From a virus (taxonomy: Duplodnaviria > Heunggongvirae > Uroviricota > Caudoviricetes): 11,600 nt of DNA. The translations under genes and the position numbers were made by a program. Positions 1-6,900 of the stretch are shown piece by piece. The notes beneath the pieces were generated by a model. That model made no database searches. It worked only from the letters and a program-made list of their open reading frames with translations, and was not told the origin of the DNA. Within the stretch, counting starts at the first letter, position 1; every line of letters begins with the position of its first letter. The stretch is from positions 1 through 11,600 of the IMG/VR virus record IMGVR_UViG_2778261569_000001; one strand, given 5' to 3'.

Positions 1-138
1 TGCAAATACCTTCCAACGAAACGCTCCAGAAATAAACGCAAGCCAATCCCAAAAGAATCTGACGTAAAAACCTTCAACTACACGGCTCACCTGTGGGATA
101 TCCGGTGGCTAAGACATCGTGCGAGGAATACAAGGTGA
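1..138 (+). CDS. NinE-like protein, C-terminal fragment (5' end lies outside the window)
   Basis: Frame 1 is open from base 1 to TGA at 136-138, translating ...[45 protein letters not shown]. This resembles my recollection of the lambda NinE C-terminus. Its stop overlaps the NinF start. Recall-based, not search-verified. Confidence 0.45.
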
Positions 139-305
139 TTGACCCAAATCGAAGTTACGAACAAGAAAGCGTCGAGCGAGCTTTAACGTGCGCTAACTGC
201 GGTCAGAAGCTGCATGTGCTGGAAGTTCACGTGTGCTCCGATTGCTGCGCAGAACTGATGAGCGATCCGAATAGCTCAATGTACGAGGAAGAAGACGATG
301 AGTGA
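135..305 (+). CDS. ninF: NinF-like small Cys-rich protein
   Basis: The track ORF 93..305 has no ATG. I place the start at GTG 135, preceded by GAGGA at 124-128, giving about 56 aa ([56 protein letters not shown]). This closely matches recalled lambda NinF (57 aa) and has a CxxC...CxxCC motif. Confidence 0.65.
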
Positions 306-516
306 TTCGTTTAGTAGCTCTGATTATTTGTATTTGGTTTTAGTACCTGTGGCAGAAGTATTCCGCTCTCGATTTCCTGAAGGCTCAGCACCATTTAATG
401 CCATTAGCACTTACTCAAAATGCAGAGTGAAATTTACAGGTAAGAGGCTGGAAAGAGAGTGGCAGCAATTCTGCAAAAAACATGACCTAAAAAATGACCC
501 TGAACTGGAGTATTAA
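298..516 (+). CDS. hypothetical small nin-region protein (72 aa)
   Basis: ATG at 298 overlaps the NinF stop (ATGA), and the TAA at 514-516 directly abuts the next ATG at 517. Tight packing in the operon suggests a real gene. I recognise no family. Confidence 0.45.
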   Translation: MSDSFSSSDYLYLVLVPVAEVFRSRFPEGSAPFNAISTYSKCRVKFTGKRLEREWQQFCKKHDLKNDPELEY

Positions 517-807
517 ATGGCTAATCTACGCAAAGAAGCGCGCGGCAGAGAATGCCAGGTACGTATTTACGGCATATGCAATGGCAATCCTGAAACTACA
601 GTTCTGGCACATTACCGGATGGCTGGAATTTGCGGAACGGGAATGAAGCCTGACGACCTGATCGGCGCATGGGCTTGTAGCGCGTGTCACGATGAAATCG
701 ACCGACGCACCCATAACCTCGACAACAAAGACACCAGACTTTACCACCTCGAAGGCGTTATCAGGACGCAGGCGATACTGCTGAAGGAGGGGAAGATTAA
801 GTCATGA
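517..807 (+). CDS. DUF1364 family protein (YbcO-like putative nuclease)
   Basis: 96 aa; N-terminus MANLRKEARGRECQVRIYGICNGNPETTVLAHYR with conserved Cys/His (CSACHDEID) resembles YbcO/DUF1364 proteins of lambdoid nin regions. Its stop overlaps the rusA start. Confidence 0.65.
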   Translation: MANLRKEARGRECQVRIYGICNGNPETTVLAHYRMAGICGTGMKPDDLIGAWACSACHDEIDRRTHNLDNKDTRLYHLEGVIRTQAILLKEGKIKS

Positions 808-1166
808 ACGAATATCAGTTTGTGCTTCCATACCCGCCGTCGCTGAACACCTACTGGCGAAGACGGGGAAGCCAATACTACATCAGCGATAAAGGCCAGA
901 AATACCGAAAAGACGTTCAGCAAATCATCCGCCAACTTAAGTTAGACATTTTCACCAAATCACGACTCCGCATCAAAGTCATCGCAGACGTTCCAGACTC
1001 CCGCCGCCGCGACCTCGACAACATCCTGAAAGGTTTACTCGACTCCCTTATCCACGCCGGATTTGCGGAAGACGACGAGCAATTCGATGACATTCGCGTA
1101 ATTCGTGGTGTGAAAGTACCAGGCGGACGGCTTGGAATAAAAATCACCGAACTGGAGAACGTATGA
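804..1166 (+). CDS. rusA: RusA Holliday junction resolvase (crossover junction endodeoxyribonuclease)
   Basis: 120 aa; motifs LPYPPSLNTYW, PDSRRRDLDNILKGLLDSL and DDEQ..D...I match the RusA family (DLP12/phage 82 type). ATG 804 overlaps the upstream stop (ATGA). Confidence 0.85.
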   Translation: MNEYQFVLPYPPSLNTYWRRRGSQYYISDKGQKYRKDVQQIIRQLKLDIFTKSRLRIKVIADVPDSRRRDLDNILKGLLDSLIHAGFAEDDEQFDDIRVIRGVKVPGGRLGIKITELENV

Positions 1167-1351
1167 ACGCCACAATTCAAACGATACCAGAGCTTCTTAT
1201 ACAGACACGAGGCAATCAGACCGAAGTGGCGAGGATGCTTTCCTGCGCAAGAGGAACGGTGCTCAAGTACAACCGAGACAGCAAAGGCGAACGTCACGTA
1301 ATAGTTAACGGCGTCCTGATGGTCAAACAGGGCAAGAGAGGAAGACGATGA
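1163..1351 (+). CDS. ninH: NinH-like protein
   Basis: 62 aa; IPELLIQTRGNQTEVARMLSCARGTVLKYNRDSKGERHVIVNGVLMV matches the recalled lambda NinH pattern (YGNQTEVARRL...RGTV.KY...HAIVNDVLMV). Overlapping start/stop codons with both neighbours. Confidence 0.75.
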   Translation: MNATIQTIPELLIQTRGNQTEVARMLSCARGTVLKYNRDSKGERHVIVNGVLMVKQGKRGRR

Positions 1352-1971
1352 GACTCGAAAGCGTAGCTAAATTTCATTCGCCAAAAAGCCCGATGATGAG
1401 CGACTCACCACGGGCTACGGCTTCTGACTCTCTTTCCGGTACTGATGTGATGGCTGCTATGGGGATGGCGCAATCACAAGCCGGATTCGGAATGGCTGCA
1501 TTCTGTGGTAAGCACGAACTCAGCCAGAATGACAAACAAAAGGCTATCAACTATCTGATGCAATTTGCACACAAGGTATCGGGGAAATACCGTGGTGTGG
1601 CAAAGCTTGAAGGAAATACTAAGGCAAAGGTACTGCAAGTGCTCGCAACATTCGCTTATGCGGATTATTGCCGTAGTGCCGCGACGCCGGGCGCAAGATG
1701 CAGAGATTGCCACGGTACAGGCCGTGCGGTTGATATATCAAAAACAGAGCTGTGGGGGAGAGTTGTCGAGAAAGAGTGCGGAAGATGCAAAGGCGTCGGC
1801 TATTCAAGGATGCCAGCAAGCGCAGCATATCGCGCTGTGACGATGCTAATCCCAAACCTTACCCAACCCACCTGGTCACGCACTGTTAAGCCGCTGTATG
1901 ACGCTCTGGTGGTGCAATGCCACAAAGAAGAGTCAATCGCAGACAACATTTTGAATGCGGTCACACGTTAG
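1348..1971 (+). CDS. Q: Late gene antiterminator Q (lambda type)
   Basis: 207 aa, the same length as lambda Q, and the translation appears near-identical to recalled lambda Q, including the Cys cluster CRDCHGTGR...CGRCKG (zinc finger). Followed by a pR'-like promoter. Confidence 0.9.
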   Translation: MRLESVAKFHSPKSPMMSDSPRATASDSLSGTDVMAAMGMAQSQAGFGMAAFCGKHELSQNDKQKAINYLMQFAHKVSGKYRGVAKLEGNTKAKVLQVLATFAYADYCRSAATPGARCRDCHGTGRAVDISKTELWGRVVEKECGRCKGVGYSRMPASAAYRAVTMLIPNLTQPTWSRTVKPLYDALVVQCHKEESIADNILNAVTR

Positions 1972-2013
1972 CAGCATGATTGCCACGGATGGCAACAAAT
2001 TAACGGCATAATA

Positions 2014-2055
2014 TTGACTTTTTGAATAAAGTTGGGTAAATTTGACATCAACGAT
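2014..2055 (+). promoter_or_regulatory. Late promoter pR' with qut element and promoter-proximal pause signal
   Basis: TTGACT at 2014-2019, 17-bp spacer, TAAATT at 2037-2042; AACGAT at 2050-2055 corresponds to the -10-like pause-inducing element of lambda pR'. The region is near-identical to recalled lambda pR'/qut. Confidence 0.7.
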
Positions 2056-2078
2056 GGATAAATGCACTCGTTAAATAA

Positions 2079-2114
2079 AGCCCTGAGTTAATAGCTCGGG
2101 GCTTTTTGCGTTTT
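2079..2114 (+). terminator. Intrinsic terminator (tR'-like) ending a short pR' leader RNA
   Basis: Stem AGCCCTGAG (2079-2087) pairs with CTCGGGGCT (2095-2103) over 9 bp with one G-U, 7-nt loop, then TTTT-GCG-TTTT. It lies about 30-60 nt downstream of the predicted pR' start. Confidence 0.7.
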
Positions 2115-2250
2115 AATCACGACCTTTCTGAAAGCACATCAAACCAAATACCAGACAGACAAAAATAATCACCTTATCCGCTGTGGCTACGGTGCGGTGT
2201 GCTTTGCATAAAAGAAAACCAGCGCAATGGCTGGCTTCGTGAAAGCGGGT

Positions 2251-2286
2251 GGCAAGAGGTTGCGCTAACAACCTCCTGCCGTTTTG
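2251..2286 (+). terminator. Terminator-like hairpin between tR' and S
   Basis: GGCAAGAGGTT (2251-2261) pairs with AACCTCCTGCC (2270-2280): 11-bp stem with one mismatch, 8-nt loop, followed by GTTTTG. Function uncertain (second terminator or RNA structure). Confidence 0.35.
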
Positions 2287-2385
2287 CCCGTGCATATCGG
2301 TCACGAACAAATCTGATTACTAAACACAGTAGCCTGGATTTGTTCTATCAGTAATCGACCTTATTCCTAATTAAATAGAGCAAAT

Positions 2386-2399
2386 CCCCTTATTGGGGG
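2386..2399 (+). promoter_or_regulatory. sdi-like stem-loop occluding the S Shine-Dalgarno
   Basis: CCCCT-TATT-GGGGG hairpin immediately upstream of the dual-start ATG-AAG-ATG of S, as in the lambda sdi structure that sets the S107/S105 ratio. Confidence 0.5.
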
Positions 2400-2405
2400 T
2401 AAGAC

Positions 2406-2729
2406 ATGAAGATGCCAGAAAAACATGACCTGTTAGCCGCCATTCTCGCGGCAAAGGAACAAGGCATCGGGGCAATCCTTGCGTTTGCAATGGCGTACCT
2501 TCGCGGCAGATATAATGGCGGTGCGTTTACAAAAACAGTAATCGACGCAACGATGTGTGCCATTATCGCCTGGTTCATTCGTGACCTTCTCGACTTCGCC
2601 GGACTAAGTAGCAATCTCGCTTATATAACGAGCGTGTTCATTGGCTACATCGGTACTGACTCGATTGGTTCGCTTATCAAACGCTTCGCTGCTAAAAAAG
2701 CCGGAGTAGAAGATGGTGGAAATCAATAA
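2406..2729 (+). CDS. S: Holin S (class I; S107 antiholin from Met1, S105 holin from Met3 at 2412)
   Basis: 107 aa [34 protein letters not shown]... essentially the lambda S sequence; dual-start motif Met-Lys-Met; predicted transmembrane segments. Confidence 0.9.
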   Translation: MKMPEKHDLLAAILAAKEQGIGAILAFAMAYLRGRYNGGAFTKTVIDATMCAIIAWFIRDLLDFAGLSSNLAYITSVFIGYIGTDSIGSLIKRFAAKKAGVEDGGNQ

Positions 2730-3189
2730 TCAACGTAAGGCGTTCCTCGATATGCTGGCGTGGTCAGAGGGGACTGATAACGGACGTCAGAAAACCAGAA
2801 ATCATGGTTATGACGTCATTGTAGGCGGAGAGCTATTCACTGATTACTCAGATCACCCTCGCAAACTTGTCACGCTAAACCCCAAACTCAAATCAACAGC
2901 TGCAGGCCGTTACCAGCTTCTTTCCCGTTGGTGGGATGCCTATCGTAAGCAGCTTGGCCTGAAAGATTTCTCTCCGAAAAGCCAGGACGCTGTGGCATTG
3001 CAACAGATTAAAGAGCGTGGCGCTTTGCCGATGATTGATCGCGGTGATATCCGTCAGGCAATCGACCGTTGCAGCAATATCTGGGCTTCATTGCCGGGAG
3101 CTGGTTATGGTCAGTTCGAGCATAAGGCTGACAGTCTGATTTCAAAATTCAAAGAAGCAGGCGGAACGGTCAGAGAGATTGAGGTATGA
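2713..3189 (+). CDS. R: Endolysin R (lytic transglycosylase)
   Basis: 158 aa [24 protein letters not shown]... matches lambda R, including the catalytic Glu in WSEGT. Start overlaps the S 3' end; GGAG at 2703-2706. Confidence 0.9.
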   Translation: MVEINNQRKAFLDMLAWSEGTDNGRQKTRNHGYDVIVGGELFTDYSDHPRKLVTLNPKLKSTAAGRYQLLSRWWDAYRKQLGLKDFSPKSQDAVALQQIKERGALPMIDRGDIRQAIDRCSNIWASLPGAGYGQFEHKADSLISKFKEAGGTVREIEV

Positions 3190-3623
3190 GCAGAGTCACC
3201 GCGATTATCTCCGCTCTGGTTATCTGCATCATCGTCTGCCTGTCATGGGCTGTTAATCATTACCGTGATAACGCCATGACCTACAAAGAGCAGCGCGATA
3301 AAGCCATATCCATCATCGCTGATATGCAGAAGCGTCAACGTGATGTAGCAGAACTTGACGCCAGATACACAAAGGAGCTTGCTGATGCTAACGCGACTAT
3401 CGAAAGTCTCCGTGCTGATGTTTCTGCTGGTCGTAAGCGCCTGCAAGTCGCCGCCACCTGTGCAAAGTCAACGACCGGAGCCAGCAGCATGGGCGATGGA
3501 GAAAGCCCAAGACTTACAGCAGATGCTGAACTCAATTATTACCGTCTCCGAAGTGGAATCGACAGGATAACCGCGCAGGTTAACTACCTGCAGGAATACA
3601 TCAGGACGCAATGCCTTCGATGA
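3186..3623 (+). CDS. Rz: Rz i-spanin
   Basis: 145 aa; the N-terminal TM anchor [30 protein letters not shown] matches lambda Rz, followed by a coiled-coil-like periplasmic domain whose C-terminal half diverges from lambda. ATGA overlap with the R stop. Confidence 0.8.
   Translation: MSRVTAIISALVICIIVCLSWAVNHYRDNAMTYKEQRDKAISIIADMQKRQRDVAELDARYTKELADANATIESLRADVSAGRKRLQVAATCAKSTTGASSMGDGESPRLTADAELNYYRLRSGIDRITAQVNYLQEYIRTQCLR
3385..3570 (+). CDS. Rz1: Rz1 o-spanin (outer-membrane lipoprotein) embedded in Rz in the +1 frame
   Basis: ATG 3385 preceded by AAAGGAG at 3371-3377. 61 aa [27 protein letters not shown]... with signal peptide, lipobox LVVSAC and a Pro-rich segment. It lies entirely inside Rz. 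The track ORF 3355..3570 is the same frame with an earlier start. Confidence 0.7.
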   Translation: MLTRLSKVSVLMFLLVVSACKSPPPVQSQRPEPAAWAMEKAQDLQQMLNSIITVSEVESTG

Positions 3624-3797
3624 TAGCGATAATTTTACTCATCATCCTTCACATCTAGCTCTGTAGACAGGGTGATGATCACTTCTGGAGTGAATCCAGA
3701 TTAAACATCTCATTGCTGATGCTTGATATTGAGCATCTGGCGCGCGGTAAGGGGCTGCGTTGAGATAAGAGCCAGTCATTACAAATACCAGGATTTA

Positions 3798-3821
3798 GCC
3801 TCGCATTTGCGGGGCTTTTTT
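3798..3821 (+). terminator. Intrinsic terminator downstream of Rz
   Basis: GCCTCGC (3798-3804), loop ATTT, GCGGGGC (3809-3815): 7-bp GC-rich stem with one G-U, followed by TTTTTT (3816-3821). Confidence 0.6.
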
Positions 3822-3969
3822 ACATCTGCAGTAAACCGCGCATCGCAGCGCGTAACAATCCCGAGTCTTTCAGAAAGCTGAGCCTGAGAATTGCCGTATA
3901 TGGTGGCGACCATCTCGGGGACGGCTTTTCTGTGCGAACAGGCTCATCTTTCTAAAAGGTAAAGACGCA

Positions 3970-4512
3970 ATGAACTACCCAACCGTTGTTAACGATATAG
4001 ATTTCAGAGACCTAATTTTTGTAGCAAACAACGATCCGGTTACAGATTCTTTTATGGTGGCAAAAGCATTTGGAAAGCTGCCGAAGAACGTGGTTCGTGA
4101 CATTGAACGAACCATAGAAGCTTGCCCTCCTGAGTTTGATACAAAGCTCAACTTTGAGCTTTGCTATAAAAACAATGAGTTACAGAATGGTAAGCCGCAA
4201 AAATTCTACCGTCTCCGCAAGGATGGGTTGATGCTTTTGGTTATGTCCTACACCAAAAAAGAAGCAATGCGTATCAAAATTGCTTACATCAACGCATTCA
4301 ACTGGATGTACGCCATGCTTCAGGTTGGTCATCGTCAATTTGAAGAAGAGAGAAATGCCGTAATGCTGGAGTACATGAAAGAGAAGGATGTTGCCAGCAT
4401 GTCAGGCCGCCTGCTTAATCGCTGGGGAAAAATTAAGAAGCCTCAGCTACTGGCGAGAATTGAACGCCTTGAACAGCACGGGCAAACCGTAATCCCCGGA
4501 CTCACCAATTAA
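3970..4512 (+). CDS. rha: Rha family phage regulatory protein
   Basis: 180 aa; the N-terminal domain matches the Phage_pRha pattern (..VAKAFGK...NVVRDIER......EF...NFE......G.....YRLRKDG.MLLVMSYTKKEA...K.AYINAFN.M). It occupies the position of P22 orf201/rha between the lysis genes and terminase. Confidence 0.7.
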   Translation: MNYPTVVNDIDFRDLIFVANNDPVTDSFMVAKAFGKLPKNVVRDIERTIEACPPEFDTKLNFELCYKNNELQNGKPQKFYRLRKDGLMLLVMSYTKKEAMRIKIAYINAFNWMYAMLQVGHRQFEEERNAVMLEYMKEKDVASMSGRLLNRWGKIKKPQLLARIERLEQHGQTVIPGLTN

Positions 4513-4739
4513 CGGCAGTACAGCGAAACAACCCAAGCCAGTAAGTGGGGAAATAACACTGGCAGCCACTGAAAGATGAACCTCCAGCCTTATGGCAAAA
4601 AAGATTCTTTGTGGTGGCGGACTGATGGAAAGACATCGGTTATTGCAGAGGCCATTCAATGAGTGGTCTCGACAATGGCTTATACCCTACACGGGATAAC
4701 TTAACTGATATCCCTTTTAACGGATAAACGGAGCCAACA

Positions 4740-4982
4740 ATGGCAGAGATTATTCCCATGACTGAAGAACAGAAATTCCAGTTAGAGATTTACAAACTGG
4801 TCATGAACCAGAACGCAGCCGCAGAAGAAGCATTTCAGTTCATTGGCACTGACGAGCTGAAGCTTGAGTTATTCAAAATTCACTTCCAGTCAGGCGGCGC
4901 TAATTCGGATATCACGACCCGCACTATCGAAGCGGTGCGTAAATCGAAGGAAGCTTTAGACCTGTTCACCACCGGAGCATAA
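4740..4982 (+). CDS. hypothetical protein (80 aa)
   Basis: ATG ORF of 80 aa with no recognisable domain. Its position and length resemble P22 orf80 upstream of the small terminase gene. GGAG-like sequence upstream. Confidence 0.5.
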   Translation: MAEIIPMTEEQKFQLEIYKLVMNQNAAAEEAFQFIGTDELKLELFKIHFQSGGANSDITTRTIEAVRKSKEALDLFTTGA

Positions 4983-4984
4983 AC

Positions 4985-5056
4985 ATGGCAACTCAAGGTT
5001 TCGACAACCCATCCAAATTCCGCGATGAATGGGATAAGCAAGCAGAAGGGAAATAA
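4985..5056 (+). CDS. possible micro-ORF (23 aa, MATQGFDNPSKFRDEWDKQAEGK)
   Basis: ATG at 4985 lies 10 nt after GGAG (4972-4975) and fills the gap between the 80-aa ORF stop and the small terminase start. Too short to support by composition alone. Confidence 0.15.
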   Translation: MATQGFDNPSKFRDEWDKQAEGK

Positions 5057-5061
5057 TCAAT

Positions 5062-5487
5062 ATGGCGACTGAGAAAAAGAATGTCGGTCGCCCTTCGGAT
5101 TACCTGCCGGAGGTGGCTGATGATATCTGTGCGCTGCTTGCCTCCGGGGAAAGTCTGGTTAAGGTTTGCAAGCGCCCCGGCATGCCAGCAAAGGCTACTG
5201 TATTTCGCTGGCTGTCAGAGCATGAAGAATTTAGAGACAAGTACGCGAAGGCAACTGAGGCACGAGCTGATTCTATTTTCGAAGAGATATTCGAAATTGC
5301 TGACACTGCGATTCCAGATGCTGCTGAGGTGGCAAAGGCAAGACTTCGCGTTGATACCCGCAAATGGGCGCTGGCCAGAATGAATCCCCGTAAGTATGGC
5401 GACAAGGTAACTAATGAGCTTGTCGGCAAAGACGGCGGCGCAATCCAGATTGAAACATCACCGATGAGCACTCTGTTCGGAAAATGA
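5062..5487 (+). CDS. Terminase small subunit (Sf6 gp1-like)
   Basis: 141 aa; GRPSDYLPEVADDICALLASGESLVKVCKRPGMPAKATVFRWLSEHEEFRDKYAKA is the characteristic HTH DNA-recognition N-terminus of Sf6/P22-like small terminases. Its stop overlaps the large subunit start. Confidence 0.8.
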   Translation: MATEKKNVGRPSDYLPEVADDICALLASGESLVKVCKRPGMPAKATVFRWLSEHEEFRDKYAKATEARADSIFEEIFEIADTAIPDAAEVAKARLRVDTRKWALARMNPRKYGDKVTNELVGKDGGAIQIETSPMSTLFGK

Positions 5488-6899
5488 CCTCGATTAATCC
5501 TATCTTTGAACCGTTCATTGAGGCGCATCGCTACAAAGTCGCCAAAGGCGGTCGAGGTAGCGGTAAGTCATGGGCAATTGCTAGGCTGCTTGTTGAAGCG
5601 GCGCGTCGTCAGCCAGTGCGTATTCTCTGCGCTCGTGAACTGCAAAACAGTATCAGCGATTCGGTAATCCGGTTGCTTGAAGATACCATCGAGCGTGAAG
5701 GGTATTCGGCCGAGTTTGAAATTCAGCGTTCAATGATTCGTCATCTCGGAACGAATGCTGAATTCATGTTCTACGGCATAAAAAACAACCCGACTAAGAT
5801 TAAATCGCTCGAAGGCATTGATATCTGCTGGGTGGAAGAAGCGGAAGCGGTAACGAAGGAATCATGGGATATCCTGATACCGACCATCCGTAAGCCGTTC
5901 TCTGAAATATGGGTGAGCTTTAACCCGAAAAACATCCTCGACGATACCTATCAGCGATTCGTTGTAAATCCTCCCGATGATATTTGCCTGCTGACGGTGA
6001 ACTACACCGACAACCCGCACTTTCCTGAAGTTCTCCGTCTGGAGATGGAAGAGTGCAAACGCAGAAATCCGACACTGTATCGTCACATCTGGCTTGGTGA
6101 GCCAGTGAGCGCAAGTGATATGGCAATCATCAAACGTGAATGGCTTGAAGCCGCAACCGATGCGCACAAGAAACTCGGATGGAAGGCGAAAGGCGCTGTT
6201 GTCTCTGCGCATGACCCGTCAGATACAGGACCGGATGCTAAAGGTTATGCATCGCGTCACGGTTCGGTGGTTAAGCGCATTGCCGAAGGTCTGCTGATGG
6301 ACATCAACGAGGGTGCTGACTGGGCTACTTCGCTGGCGATTGAAGACGGCGCTGATCATTACCTGTGGGATGGCGATGGTGTCGGTGCAGGGCTACGCAG
6401 ACAGACAACGGAAGCGTTCTCCGGCAAGAAAATCACCGCCACGATGTTCAAGGGCAGCGAATCGCCATTCGATGAAGACGCGCCGTATCAGGCCGGAGCA
6501 TGGGCTGATGAAGTCGTACAGGGTGACAACGTTCGCACTATTGGCGATGTTTTCCGCAATAAGCGAGCGCAATTCTATTACGCACTGGCTGATAGGCTGT
6601 ATCTGACATATCGGGCGGTTGTTCACGGTGAGTATGCAGACCCCGACGACATGCTGAGTTTCGACAAAGAAGCGATAGGCGAGAAGATGCTGGAGAAGCT
6701 GTTTGCAGAACTGACGCAGATTCAGCGCAAATTCAATAACAACGGGAAGCTTGAGCTAATGACTAAGGTCGAAATGAAGCAGAAGCTCGGTATTCCATCT
6801 CCTAACCTGGCTGATGCGCTGATGATGTGTATGCATTGCCCGGAGTCGGCTGCGCAACCCGACTATTCCAGTTACTCAATTCCTTGTGGTGTAGGTTGA
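5484..6899 (+). CDS. Terminase large subunit (ATPase/nuclease)
   Basis: 471 aa; Walker A VAKGGRGSGKSWA near the N-terminus and a Walker B-like ICWVEEAEA; C-terminal nuclease domain. The length matches Sf6-type large terminases. Confidence 0.9.
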   Translation: MTSINPIFEPFIEAHRYKVAKGGRGSGKSWAIARLLVEAARRQPVRILCARELQNSISDSVIRLLEDTIEREGYSAEFEIQRSMIRHLGTNAEFMFYGIKNNPTKIKSLEGIDICWVEEAEAVTKESWDILIPTIRKPFSEIWVSFNPKNILDDTYQRFVVNPPDDICLLTVNYTDNPHFPEVLRLEMEECKRRNPTLYRHIWLGEPVSASDMAIIKREWLEAATDAHKKLGWKAKGAVVSAHDPSDTGPDAKGYASRHGSVVKRIAEGLLMDINEGADWATSLAIEDGADHYLWDGDGVGAGLRRQTTEAFSGKKITATMFKGSESPFDEDAPYQAGAWADEVVQGDNVRTIGDVFRNKRAQFYYALADRLYLTYRAVVHGEYADPDDMLSFDKEAIGEKMLEKLFAELTQIQRKFNNNGKLELMTKVEMKQKLGIPSPNLADALMMCMHCPESAAQPDYSSYSIPCGVG

Positions 6900-6900
6900 T

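Noticed and set aside
93-134. Upstream extension of the NinF ORF (track start at 93, a GTG codon)
   Set aside because: Region 93-134 is the 3' end of the frame-1 NinE-like ORF. GTG 135 has a GAGGA RBS and gives the expected NinF length of about 57 aa.
917-1297. 126-aa minus-strand ORF overlapping rusA and ninH
   Set aside because: Antisense to a strongly supported, translationally coupled operon, with no RBS and no recognisable product. Likely a chance open frame.
1474-1855. Several alternative-frame ORFs inside Q (1474..1713 -, 1565..1840 +, 1619..1855 -)
   Set aside because: Fully embedded in the well-supported Q gene. Low-complexity Arg/Ser-rich translations typical of off-frame reading.
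2113-2310. 65-aa minus-strand ORF in the tR'-to-S interval
   Set aside because: Overlaps the predicted hairpin and lambda-like non-coding leader. No RBS or family resemblance. Reading against the late transcript.
3243-3535. Minus-strand ORFs (3243..3446, 3335..3535) inside Rz
   Set aside because: Antisense to Rz/Rz1. The + strand embedded Rz1 explains the dual coding here.
4447-4659. 70-aa minus-strand ORF and short plus-strand ATG frames (e.g. 4576 and 4592) between rha and the 80-aa ORF
   Set aside because: No convincing RBS or domain. The minus ORF overlaps the rha 3' end. Treated as non-coding spacer, possibly carrying a promoter.
5081-5528. Alternative-frame ORFs over the small terminase gene (5081..5383 +, 5100..5528 -)
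   Set aside because: The in-frame small terminase has a clear family signature. The others are off-frame shadows.
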